A stretch of DNA of 64,000 bases from Vicugna vicugna. Its lineage: Eukaryota. The translations under genes were made by a program, and so were the position numbers. Below the pieces are notes generated by a model. The model did not search any database. It was not told where the DNA came from and saw nothing but the letters and a program-made list of their open reading frames with translations. This document shows, in pieces, positions 50,116-62,589 of the stretch. The stretch spans positions 564,941 through 628,940 of the forward strand of contig MU058844.1 of assembly GCA_013265495.1 (NCBI GenBank), read 5' to 3'. How positions within the stretch are numbered: position 1 is the first letter of the stretch; the number at the start of each line of letters is the position of its first letter.

Positions 50116-53100
50116 ACTCACTCCGTTTCTTTCTTTTCCTGACACACACTCACGCCTCAGAAAGATTATATTCATAATACCCTCGGGCATTTCTAGATGC
50201 CAGTATTCATTTTGGGAGCACACTTGCTTCTCTTGCTTGGAACAGACTGAATTTTCCACTGGCTCAGAGTTTTGAAGTTCTTCCGGCTGAGAGAGGAGTG
50301 AAAGTCTCTGGGGGACCAGCCATGTGTCAGTGTGCTATCACCTTTCTGCACCAAGGGGTGCGCTCAGGAGAGCAGAACATTTGTAGAAGGACTCGTGGCC
50401 ACATTTGGCCCAGGCAGCTCATGTTGCACTTTTAAAAATGCAACCTGGTGGTGAAAAGGGCATCTGGAATGGAGAGACCAGGTGTCAAGGGAGAATGAAT
50501 CCTACTGGGCTGATACTTACAGACCAACAGAAATAGATCTATTTCCTAGACTACAGAAAAAGAGGGTACTCAAGCCAGTCAATCCCTGAAGGACAAATTA
50601 TAACTCACTCAGTGTCTGTGAATTCATATGAATTCACCTTCAATTGGGAGTGGCAGCGGAAGGCTCTCATTTCTCAAAACGGTACTCAACGCTGCCTTTC
50701 TTTATAGTCAGTCTTGGGCAGGTCTTCTCCTGTTTTTCTGTTTTTAGCTGTTCCATGAAATATCCTTAAAAGTGTTCAAAGGCACCCATTCCACAATTAG
50801 AGCTATGCCTTGAAATCTTCATTCCTGTGAGAGTTGACTCACTGAGGTTAATTCACACTAAAGTGTGAGTGACTAATATAAGATTCTTTCCTTTCATGCA
50901 AACAGGTTTTTAAAATAAGAAATATGGGAGAATATGTGTGTGAGAGAGAGAAGTCTGAGAGGAAACTGAGTGAAAGAACAAAGGAATGGAATGCTGGGGA
51001 TTATACAATTTGATAACAATGCTCAGCATTGGTCCCAATTAATTTTCTGGAGGCAATTGCTTAGCTTAATTATGGATTTCTCCTCATAAGTTTCTAGCAC
51101 TCAGTATCAATTAGACCTTAAATTGGTTGGTTTTCTTAGCCTCTCATATGAGAGTCTCTTTAGAGGGTAAGATGGGAAGGTGGCAAGAAAGAGGGGGAAG
51201 GTACTAAAATGGATCAGAACCATTGCTCAGAGGCTGGTGTTTCATCGCCTCCCATGGAATTTCATCAGATGTCATTTCAAACCAGAGCTAACATCCTCTT
51301 CCCTTGTACTTAACAGCAAACAAATCTTGAGAGAATTCTTTCTGCCTGAGCACTTCCTCAAGTCATCCTTCTTTCAGTGGAATTTATAAACAATTTGATG
51401 TTGATTTCTAGTCTGGCTACCATTTGGTACCTGTATGGGTCACCAAGCAAAGAGGCATAACATGTCACAAGTTCCACAGATAAATACCACCTGATTTTAG
51501 CTGTTCAGTGAGCTCCAAGGTCAAGAGAGGGGTTATCACCAATAGAAAAGTATTGTTTTCAACATAGAATGTGCTGTACGCATTAGTGACACGTACCACA
51601 TTCATTAAGCAATTTGTACAGGTTACTATGAACTTGTCAACAGTGTCTGTGTAAACTTTGCAATGAAATTCACTTTGTTGTCAGCCCAACTTTTTGAGTC
51701 GGCCCACAAGGAAGTAGAGAACACGGAAGAGAAGGAGATGGGTCCCAGGGACACCCTCTGCCATGTGAGGTGTTTCCCTCTGACATCTGGAAGGGAAGAG
51801 GGCAGTTGAGTTCAAGATCGCTGCCTTTAGAGAGAAGGGAGAGAAAAATTTTCCGCAGGATCCTCTTCCTTTAGAAGAAGAGTGAGGCTGCAACCCCAGA
51901 TTATATAGAAGTAACGTAGAAAAACTAGGCTTCACCACTGGAAAAAAAATAGTTTTCAGTGTTTGAAAACTGGGAATAATAATACCTTTGGTACAAAGTT
52001 AAGAGGTAATGAGATAAACTATGGAAAGTACCTAATATGATACCTGGTTTCTAGCAGCCACTCAGTTATCATCTATTTCTTTCTGGCTATCACCAGGTGT
52101 GGCTGGAGGCAACACCCTGTTCATGGCTAACTTTGTTCATCAATATTCCAGCCATCAGACTAATGGGATAATATATTGTTTCTTTCAGTTTCATTCCCTC
52201 CCTTTCTTCCTTCCATTATGTTAATTGTCTACTTTGTACCAGGCACATGGTGAGCACTGGGAACCCAGGGATAAATCACTCGCAGAAGCTCTGAGGTGTG
52301 AAGAAGGCAAACCAGAGCGGCATTAACTTCAGAAGCACATATTGGGCGCTATTGGAACCAGGCACGGGGCCAACAAGACAGATGTGGTTTCTGACCCCAC
52401 AGAACTTACTCTTGAAAATGGATGATTATGAGGGAGAATAATGAGAGCAATAGAGTTCTTGTTATGAGTGCAAAAATGAGGGAATTCAACCAGGGGTTTG
52501 GGGGAAGGCTTCCCAGGAGAGGTAGCCTTTCCCTGGATGCTCGGAGTACAGTGGGGCGGAATCCTCGAGGCAGAAGGACGACCTGAAGGACCTGGAAGGT
52601 GTGGGGCCAGGAGTAGCTGTGTGCTGCCCCAACTGGGAGTGACCCCCACTGAACAACAACAAATACCAGCATCTGGGACAGCGTCTGGGGTGCTGAGAGC
52701 TCTGGGGGACACTGGCAGGTTGTAGGTTAAGGTTGCAACTAGGAAGTTAGATTTTTCACGGCTGCTGGAAAATTTGGCAATGAAGTAGCCATTAACCATT
52801 CATTCATTTAGTCAATGAATATTTTTCTGAGCACCTACTATGCGCCAGAGACTGCTGGCTGCTAGGAAGAACGAGGAGAGCAAGGTTCTCGGTTTCTGTT
52901 TAGTGGGATCTGAACTTCAGGCCAAATTTCCCTAGGGCAATAATTCTCAAAGTGTTACGGATACAGCTGGGCACTTGAGGTGGTTTGAAGTGGTGCAAAG
53001 ATGAACACTTTGGATTGTATGAGTTGGCTCGGTTTAGGGTAAGCTAAATAAAAATGTGAGTGTCTTTAAAGGAAAATATCAAGTAAAAATAGTGTAAGTG

Positions 53101-53454
53101 ATAGGCGGGCACAGCAAAAGTTGTGAAGAGGGGATGTGGAGGACTAAGTTCTGGAAATACTGTATTACAAAAATATGAATAACTTAGGGACATAAAAACT
53201 ACATCAGGTTAGAGACATAATGCCTTTTCCCTTGACTGATCCCCAAAGCCTCACATTTTAGGGCGGTGAAGGGTTGTCTGGTGCTCAGACGAGCTAGGAG
53301 AATCACCGAGTCACCCCCAACAAAAGCGTTTGTGCCCTTACTTCTGTCCACATACCTTTCCTCTTTCCTGGCTGTCTTGGGCTCTTTTTGACCTTGGCAG
53401 CGTCTATAAGAGATAATAAACAGGAGGATGTGGGAACATGTGGGTTGTCCCAGC

Positions 53455-53660
53455 ATAGCACACACGGGAGAGAGACTGCAGTGCAGTGGAAAGAATCCAG
53501 AGACTGGAATCAGAAGATCAAATGTTCAAATCTTAGTCTGCAGCAGGCTTTGTGTGAATGTCAGTAAATCTATTTGCTCATCTCAAATAGGGAGAAAATC
53601 ATGTCTACTCCACTGTATAGAGATGATCTGAGGATTATATGAAATAATATACAGGAAAGC
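53455..53660 (+). mobile_element. MIR SINE
   Basis: gtgcagtggaaagaatccagagactggaatcagaagatc...gttcaaatc. Confidence 0.7.
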
Positions 53661-53667
53661 TTTTATA

Positions 53668-55285
53668 AAAATTGACTTTTTTAAAAGAGCATTTTTAGGT
53701 TTACAGGGAAATTGCTCAGAAAGTACAAAGATTTCCCAAACACTAGCCCCCTCATACCGCCACCCCTGCCCCTGTCCCCTATTATTCATAGTCATAGAGT
53801 GGCACATTTGCTACAACTGATGAACCAATATTGATATTGTGTTGTTATTAACTAGTCCATACTTTGTTAGGGTTCACTTGTGCTGTGTAGTTCTATGGAT
53901 TTTGACAGATGCACAATGTCTTGTATCTACTGTTACATTATCATACAGAATAGTCTCCCTGATCTTCTAATGCCCTGTGCTTCACTTGTTCATCCCTTTC
54001 CCCTCCCCTGAATTACTAGCAACCACTGATCTTTTTACTGTCTCTGTAGTTTTTCCTTTTCCAGAATGTCACATGGTTGGAATTATATACTGTGTAGCCT
54101 TTTGCGACTCGTTTCTATCACTTAGCAATATGCATTTAAGGTTCCTCCACGATTTATTGTGGTTTGAAAGCACATTTCTTCTTTTTAATCACTGCATAAT
54201 ATTCCATTGTCTGAATGTACCACCATCGGTTTACCCATTCAGCCTGTTAAAGGACATCCTGATTGCTTCCAAGTTTTAGTAACTATGAACAAAGCTACTA
54301 TAAACATTCACATGCAGGTTTTTGTGTGGATATAAGTTTTCAGTTCATTTGGGCAAATACTTTGGATTGCAATTGCTGGGTTATATGATAGTCCTTTATT
54401 AGCTCTGTGAGAAACTGCCAAATGTTTTCCAGTGTGGCTGTGCCATTTTGCATTCCTACGAGCAATGATGAGAATTCTTGTTGCTGCACATCTTGCCAGC
54501 ATTTGGTGTTGTTAGTGTTTTGGATTTTACCCATTCTCATAGATGTGTAGTAGTACTTATTTTAATTTGCAACTTCCTAATGACATGTGATATTGATAAT
54601 ATTTTCATATGCTTATTTGCCATTTGTATATCTTCTTTCATGAGGTGTCTGTTCAGGTCTTTTGACCATCTTTAAATTGGGTTATTTGTTTTTTTATTGT
54701 TGAGTTTCATGAGTTCTTTTTACATTTAGATATCAGTCCTTTATTAGATATATATTTTGCAAATATTTTCTCCCATTCTGTGACTTGTCTTTTCATTTTC
54801 TTAACAACAGAGCAGAAGTTTTAAATTTTCATGAGGTCCAACTTGCTGATTTGTTTCTTTCATGGTGTTGTATCTAAAAAAGTCATTGCCAAACCCATAG
54901 TTATCTAAGTTTTTCTCTTACTTTATCTTCTAAAAGTTTTATAGTTTCGTGTTTTACATTCAGGTCTATGATCTATTTTGAGTAAATTTTTGTAAGAGGT
55001 GTAAGGTCTTTGTTCATATTTTATTTCCCTCCTTCCCTCCTTCCCTCCCTCTTTTTCCTTCCTTCTTTTCTCTCTCTCTCTTTCTTCTTCATTTTCATAT
55101 GGATGTCCAATTGTTCCAGCACAATTTGTTGAAAAGATTATCCTTTCTCCATGGAATTGCCTTTGTTATTTTGTCAAAGATCATCTTGATTGACTATATT
55201 TCTGTGGGTCTATCCCTGGGGTGTCTATTCTGTTCCATTGGTCTATATGTCTGTTCTTTCACCAATACCACACTGTCTTGATCAC
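53668..55285 (-). mobile_element. L1MC1/2-like, 3' UTR and ORF2 end
   Basis: gagcatttttaggtttacagggaaattgctcagaaagtacaaagatttccc 3' end; ttccagcacaatttgttgaaaag and ctattctgttccattggtctatatgtctgtt ORF2 antisense motifs. Confidence 0.9.
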
Positions 55286-55725
55286 TTGAAAGCTTTCTAC
55301 AACCATAAAGTTGTAAATCCACAGGCGGCATTACTGGAGACAGTGACCAGGTAGGATGTGGTGGGCATTCCCTCAGCTCTTATCTTCTCCCTGTTAATTA
55401 GGGAGTATGATTCCTCATCTGTGAAGACAGCCAAGGCTACTAGGCCAAGGGCTTATCAAGGGGATGGTGGACTTGGTCTCTTCCTTCCTGTTAAATTGAA
55501 GGACAGAGGTTGTTCAAGACTGTCTGTTTGATTAATCCCTGCTCTTTCTGACTTTAAAGACCAAATCACAACACTTTGCTTCTGGCATTATATGTTCTAT
55601 TACTTGTATGTGTTTTATTATTTTCTTGCTTGTTCTGGTCAGAATTGTTTCTTTTTACTGCCCCGTCTGGACATGCCTCGTGCTTGCCCATTATAACTCT
55701 AGCTGACATTTTTCTTGTGCTTTCA

Positions 55726-55913
55726 CAGTGGTTCTCAAATTTTGGTCCTTGACCAGCGGAATCAGCATACCTTGCCTGGGAAGTTGTTAGAAATGCAGGT
55801 TCTTAGGCCCTACCCCAGCCTATTGAATGGAACCTCTGAGGGTGAAGCCAAGTACTCTGTGTTTTAACAAGCTCTTCAGGTGATGCTGATGCACTTGGAG
55901 TTGGAAAACCACT
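55726..55913 (-). mobile_element. MER5A-like hAT MITE
   Basis: cagtggttctcaaa...gttagaaatgcaggttcttaggccctacccca...ttttaacaagctcttcaggtgatgctgatgca...aaaaccact. Confidence 0.85.
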
Positions 55914-57414
55914 AACTTAGAGTTAGTGAGTTTTTTATTCAGTTAGTAGCAACAGTCTTACATGCATTCTCTCAGATAGACTGTCACGATGCCCTACCTC
56001 CAGTTTTGAGCTGGAGAAATGGAAGCTTAGACATGTGATAGGGAGGGTCCAGAACCAGGCCCCTCTTGGAGTGCCTGTAAGTTTTCCTTTCCTCTTTGCA
56101 TATCAGAGGGTGGATCACTGCCTCTTCTGGCAAGCCTGGAACATAACTCAGAGCACTTCCTCCATGGTCTCAGGAAGGAGAACACTGCTGGTCAGGCTGT
56201 TGAGTGACAGCTGATAGACAGCTTGCCTTATCTGCTACCTCAAGTCCTGACCCAAGGGAGCTCCCTCTCCCTTCCCAATCCCTCTCCCCATCTCAGTAAT
56301 CACACCTGCCAGCCCAGATCTACTGAGCAGGTCTGTCTTTGGAGAACTGTGTGGCCTGAGGACAGTTGGGTGGATGGAATGGCTTCTCCTTGGAAACGGG
56401 CTCTCTGCAGTTTCAAGGCCTTGGCAGATTGCCTCTCAGGGCATGGGGCAAGGGTTTGCCTGTTTATTTAGGGTGTGGACTTGGAGTCAGGGCAGGCATT
56501 TCATGAACAGAGAAGGAGTTTTGTTGAGTTTTTGGCCTTGAACTGATTTTGGGGGGGGACGTTGAGTAGTGTAAATAGAGAAATCTATGATGAGAGACAA
56601 AAAGATTCATTTCAGTGAAGTAAATGTAAGCAGGCTCACTTTTATTTGTAAATATATTTCTTCCATTTGTTGGTACTCCATTCATAAGTTGCACGCGTAT
56701 GCCCATAGATTTGGAATCCTTCTTATTAACCATCTTTGTTGCTCTCTCTCAAGGAAACACAGAAACTTAGTATCTGCCAGTGTAGTGGCAGATTCTGGCT
56801 GCCATAGACAAGCAGGTGGTAGCCTTCTATTAGTTGATAAATACTGATGGGCACCACATGCCCCTAACTTGTAGCACGTGTATGCATATACATGCTCACA
56901 CACACACACACCCTATGTCTCGTTTCCAAAAGTCTTTTAGACATATAAAATTTGCTTTAGCCTAAAGCTTAGAATAAAAACTCTGAAATAATGGATGAAA
57001 TCCATTCAGGCAGTTTGGTGGCTTTAAAGCAAGGGGGAGCTTCCTGTTTGTTAAAAAGGTTATTTCCAGAAATAAAGCTAAGTGGGGATTGGAAGACCTA
57101 TTCTTCCCCACTGAACAGGAAACAAAACTACACATATTAAAGGAAGTCTCACAGGTGCTCATACTGCTTGGGAAAAGCCTTAGACACCCAGGCTATTCAT
57201 ATTAAGACTGAAAGTGTGCTACAAGTGTGAAAAAACAAGGCCACAGTAAATTTGACTGAAAATGAGTCAGCAGGACTTTGTGAGCCATTCATTCCCCTAA
57301 TAAAACATCTCCCTACCTGAGAAAAACATCTTCCTCTCTCTCTTTTGACCTTGGGTAGTCTATAAAGGATAATGTTCTTCACTTGTGATTATCTAATCTC
57401 TTAAAAAAATGCTC

Positions 57415-58067
57415 TGCCCTCATTTATTGCTGATGTGAATGTAAAATGGTGCAGTTGCTGTGAAAAACAGTTTGTTGATTCCTCAATAAGTTAAACACAA
57501 AGTTATTACATGTATTTATGAGCCAGAATATACCACTCCCAGATATAGATTCAAGATAATTGAAAACATATGTTCATACAAACACTTGTCCGCAAATTTT
57601 CATAGCAAAGTTACTCATAATAGCTCCAAAGTGGAAACAACATAAATATCCATCAACTGAGGGAAAGATAAACAAAATGTTATACCCATACAATGGAATA
57701 TTACTCAAGCATAATAATGAATGAAGCACTGATGCATACTACAACATGGCTGAACCTTGAAAACATTATGCTAACTGAAGGAAGACAGAAACAAAGGGCT
57801 GCATACTATTTATATGAAATGTCCAGAATAGGTAAATCCATGGAGACAGAAAGTAGGCTAGTAGTTGCGAGAGCCTGCTGGGAGAGGGAAACTGGAGAGT
57901 GATTGCTGATGGGTATAGATTTCTCTCTCTTTGGAGTCATAAAGATACTCTAGAATTAGATAGTGGTGATGGTTGCACAACCTAATGATGATATGAAAAA
58001 CCACTGAATTGTACACTGAAAAGTGAATTCTGTGGCATGTGAATTATATCTCCATTAAAAAATAAAA
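57415..58067 (+). mobile_element. L1MB-like ORF2 end and 3' UTR
   Basis: MEYYSSII...TTWLNLENIML peptide; gaaatgtccagaataggtaaatccatggagacagaaagtagg; ends gtgaattatatctccattaaaaaataaaa. Confidence 0.9.
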
Positions 58068-58107
58068 GGCCTCAACGAGACTCTACTGCTTCTTTTTTTT
58101 CTTTTAG

Positions 58108-58116
58108 AAAAGTCAG
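58108..58116 (+). other. Candidate 9-nt microexon (unverified)
   Basis: tgcttctttttttttcttttag | aaaagtcag | gtaagt: strong acceptor and perfect CAG/GTAAGT donor 9 nt apart. No host gene is visible in the window. Confidence 0.35.
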
Positions 58117-59059
58117 GTAAGTAGACTGCTTCTCAACTTGGGCCCCTGGTGAAGTATTTATTGAGCTGAGTGCTCTCCTTTGCCTTCTCGATATGTTGGA
58201 GGATAGCAAATGCTAGAATTGAACAAGCAGATAATAAGAATTAAGGGGAGCTCAGGAAAGAAATGAAGAGTTGGATGGGTCAGCTGGGCTCTTTAGGGAA
58301 GAGCTGTACTCTGTATATTTACACAGTCATCAAGTATTTATGAAGCCCTTTCATGGGCTAAATGTCCTGTAATTATTAACACAAGTAGGACCAAGACTCT
58401 ACCTTCACGAGGTTCAAGTTAAGACAGATATGTTAAGCAAACAATTATAATTCAAAGCAGGAATGTACAAGAGATTCTGGACTTGACAGGAGAACTTGTT
58501 AAAGAGATGGGAGAAGAAGATAATGTCCTCCCAGCACTGTCAATAGGAGCAAAGGGCCTGAAGTAGGAATGATGATGTATTTGGGGCAGATGGGGAAATG
58601 ACCAGAGTTTCATCTACATCCTCAAGGCAAGTAACTGTGCAATTCTTTGCTTTATCTTTTGTAAAAATTCTTTCTAAAGGTTATAGATGCAAAAGTTTTG
58701 AACAGTACAAAAGGGAACATAGTGGGTAGTAATCTCCCTGATACCCTTTCTCCTAATTGTCCTTTCCAGATGTAACTATCTCCAGATAGTCTTCTCTTTT
58801 AATAGACCCTATGTATCCCCCTTTGCTTTGTTTTTGAAAAATAGACCCTTCATTATGAAGACTAGATCACAGACAGAATAAAATTTTAAAAACTGAATTC
58901 TATAAATTACTAGTTTTCCACTTGCCTAGTTTAACTCAGTTTAGTTCAGTTCAATTTGTTTTAACCAAGTCTGTTATCTCCACCCTGTGACAGACATTTC
59001 ATGCTAATAAATTGATTTAAAATTTTTAAATCAAAAAATGTTTTTGCATTGCCATTCAC

Positions 59060-60015
59060 TCATCTAAATATTTATTCATTCAATAAATATTTCCTGAGTC
59101 CCCTACCAAGTATCAGGCTCTCTTCTAAGACTTGGGACACAGAGTGAACAAGACAGACATCTTGTGTCTGTCATCAGGGAGCTCACTGGGGGATACAAAG
59201 GATAAGAAAATGTATACGTTAACAAGAGGAGCAGGTGTAATAAGTGCTATGATGGCAGCTTTTAAAAGGGTGAAGAGATAGAGAATGGGGATCAGGGGAG
59301 ATTCTCTAGATTATCTAGTCTTTGAGGATGTGATATTTAGGTTGAGATCTGAAACACAAAAGGAGGAGCCATGCAAAGATCAGGTGAAGTGAACAGCGAG
59401 TGCAAAGAATCTACAGTGAGAATCGGTTAGGAAGTTGAAAGAAACAAAAAGAAGGCAAGGGTGGCTGGATCTCAGAGTAGGAGTAGAGGCTGAATGGGCT
59501 AGTATTAGTATGTTAGGGCTGCCGTAACAAATAACTACAGCCTGGGTGGCTCAAACAATGGAAATTAATTTTGTCATGGTTCTGAAGGTTAGAAGTCCAT
59601 GGTCAAGGTGTCAGCAGGGTTGATTTCTTCTTAAGCCGCTCTCATTGCCGTATAGATGGCCACATTCTCCCTTTGTCTTTACATAGTCTTTCCTCTGTGC
59701 AAGTCTGCTCTAATCTCTTCTTCTCATAAGGACACCTATCATATTGGATTAGGCCCCACTTATATCACCTCATTTTACCTTAATTACTTTCAATATCCTG
59801 CTTCAGACACAGTCACATTCTGAGGTATTGAGTTTAGGACAGTAACATGTAAATTTGGGGGGAACACAATTAAGCTTATGAGAGGACTGGTAAGGCCTGA
59901 GCAGGGGCCAGATCATGTAGGGTTTGTTGGCCAGGGTAAGGAGTTTTATTTAAGAGTGAACAAGAGCCACTGGAGGGTTTTAAGCAGGAGGGTCTACAGA
60001 TCTGATTAATATTTG
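59060..60015 (-). mobile_element. L2 3' part interrupted by MLT1
   Basis: tattcattcaataaatatttcctgag tail; gggccagatcatgtagggtttgttggccagggtaaggagtttt...gagccactggagggttttaagcagg. Confidence 0.8.
59502..59880 (-). mobile_element. MaLR LTR, MLT1A/B-like
   Basis: gtattagtatgttagggctgccgtaacaaataactacagcctgggtggctcaaacaa...cagtcacattctgaggtattg. Confidence 0.85.
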
Positions 60016-61848
60016 GGAGTGAGAGCTTCTCTGGAGATTCTCACGAGGAGAATGAAAGCACTCCTGGCCTCCTAGTCCAAAGGTGATCTTCTCTATCAAC
60101 CCAGGGCTTGGATTAAAATTTCTCCATCCTTTACTGTCCCTGTTTTTCATCAGAGTTTCCATAAAAAGAAACCAACACAGTCTGGATAACATTCCTCAAT
60201 ACTCCAAAAAATTCTGAAAAACATGAAGGGTCAACCATAAATACACATCTTGCAAGACTCTCTGATCTATTTATGTCACAAAAATCTCCTGAATAGAGGA
60301 ACTGGATTAACTGCAAATAGCCATTGTTGACTTTCTACGAGTACATCAGTTATCATGTGGCTTGTGTGCCACAGGATTGTTGTAAAGAGAGATTTATGTG
60401 TGATGGTGATTCTCTGTACTCATCAGTGGATTTTGTTTGTTCAAGATCTCCAACCATAAACAAAGGGGAAATTTTGGCTTGAGAAATATCTACTTTACTT
60501 TGTCAATAAGCAAAGCTGAAACTGGAAAAAATAATTTTGTTTTGTAAACACAAGCTTGTTGTTCAGTTAGAGCAAAGGCTAGCTCTTGCAAAATGCCATG
60601 GGGACATGGTTCCCATGAGGCTAGTATTTAAAATGGAGGGATAGAAACTGTTTATTGTGCAAATGTAGGGAATATCAAAGCTAGATCATCAAAATTATTT
60701 TAAACAACAGAATGCTACTTACCAGCTGTGAGTTACCTACTTTAACCAACTCTTTCAAGTTTAAAGGGAGAAGAATCTCTCTTTTCTCTCCATGCATTTA
60801 AAGACAGCATTAGAATTAACATCTGACTCATAAATAGTCCATGAAACAGATGACTCTTGACATCCTATGACTTGATGTTTTACCAGATAAAATTCTAAAA
60901 TGAATCTCTTTCTCTTTTGTGTTCTTAAAAACTAGTTCCCTTCTCTGTTTGGTCCTCTGGTTTGTGTGTGGAGTTAGGCTCTTGGCAGCCAGATGGACTA
61001 TAATCTCTATCTATGGCTTCCATTAGCTCTTGGGTTTGCATGTGCTACCATTTCCTAATTTCAACACAAATATTCTACGAGAGTGGATTGCCATTTATGT
61101 TATTGCTGCTTAATACAGTCATTTTGCTAATACATCTCGTTTTTCATGGAGAGTAATAAAAAATCATGCATGCTCCCGTTTTATTGGTCACATATTGACA
61201 AATGAGATAACATTTGATAGCACTTATCAGCTTTCAGACTGGTCAGCCTCAATTCTGATTTTTCTCCAGATCCCTTCCAGGCTGGTCTGGACACTGTTTC
61301 TTTCTGGTTTGTGATAGTTCAGCAACCCAATTAACTTGAGGATGAAGGAATGAGAAATGGAATCAGTTCATCTTAGGCTAAAATTCATGTTGCCAGAGTT
61401 TTGTTTTTTTTTTTCTAGAGTAAGAGATTACTGGGTCATTCCAAATGCACAGGTACTACTGTGCCAAAGTGCTACAGAGAGCTTAGTGCTGAACTTTACT
61501 AAAATTAATAGTGTGTTAGTGAAAGTTTGAAGGTAGTCAAATTCAAGAAAGAAATATTCTGCTTTTATCACCACTTCCTGAAACTGTAGTAGAAGGCTCT
61601 GATGATTACAAAAATAACAATTCCCACTTGCTTGTGCTAGACAGAATTTAAAGCAGTTTCACAACATTTCTGCATTGAATCAGAGTAATCCTCCTGGTGT
61701 CCTCTAGCAAAGACCTCCCTTAGGCCAACAGAATGCTGGCATTGCTATCAGAATCCAGGGAATCGGGTCTTGGGTGGGGTCTTGGGATTCCAGTAAATAT
61801 AGTACATGGAACAACTTTCTGGAATCATTGTCTTTAGAAAGAAGTTTG

Positions 61849-62425
61849 AGGTTACAGTTGCTCAAAGGATTTTTTTTGGAACTTAGGAGATGAGGAGCCT
61901 ACAAATGGCTTCTGTGCAGAAGGTAGATAATCAGGCTCATGTTTGTTCTCAATCGTAGCAGCTGTTTGGACTCAGAAAGAGTATCTGCCATCTAGTTTGT
62001 CACCTGAAGGAAAAGATCAAGAGTTCAGTGAAATGGCCAGAAAAATTGAGCTCTGCCATTTCCAGTCACCGAAGTGAGCTACCATATGCTTCTACATAAG
62101 CACAGAAGATCAGACATGGATGTCTGGTGTTTTGCTAGGTTACAGTTGCTCAAAGGATTTTTTTTTGGAACTTAGGAGATGAGGAGCCTACAAATGGCTT
62201 CTGTGCAGAAGGTAGATAATCAGGCTCATGTTTGTTCTCAATCGTAGCAGCTGTTTGGACTCAGAAAGAGTATCTGCCATCTAGTTTGTCACCTGAAGGA
62301 AAAGATCAAGAGTTCAGTGAAATGGCCAGAAAAATTGAGCTCTGCCATTTCCAGTCACCGAAGTGAGCTACCATATGCTTCTACATAAGCACAGAAGATC
62401 AGACATGGATGTCTGGTGTTTTGCT
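61849..62425. repeat. Direct tandem duplication, 288 bp plus 289 bp
   Basis: Copy 1 is 61849-62136 and copy 2 is 62137-62425; on side-by-side reading they are identical except T8 versus T9. Confidence 0.97.
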
Positions 62426-62589
62426 CATTTATAGATCAGCTGAGACAAACTTCTTGCTACTGGCCTTGGAGAGGGTGATGGCTGGAGGGGAGAGGCTGGA
62501 GAGGATGATGAGGGGAAATCCCAGGTCCCATCAGTAACTCTCAGTCCAGCTCCTGCTGTTCTTATGGCATCTTTGTTTTTCCCTTACAA

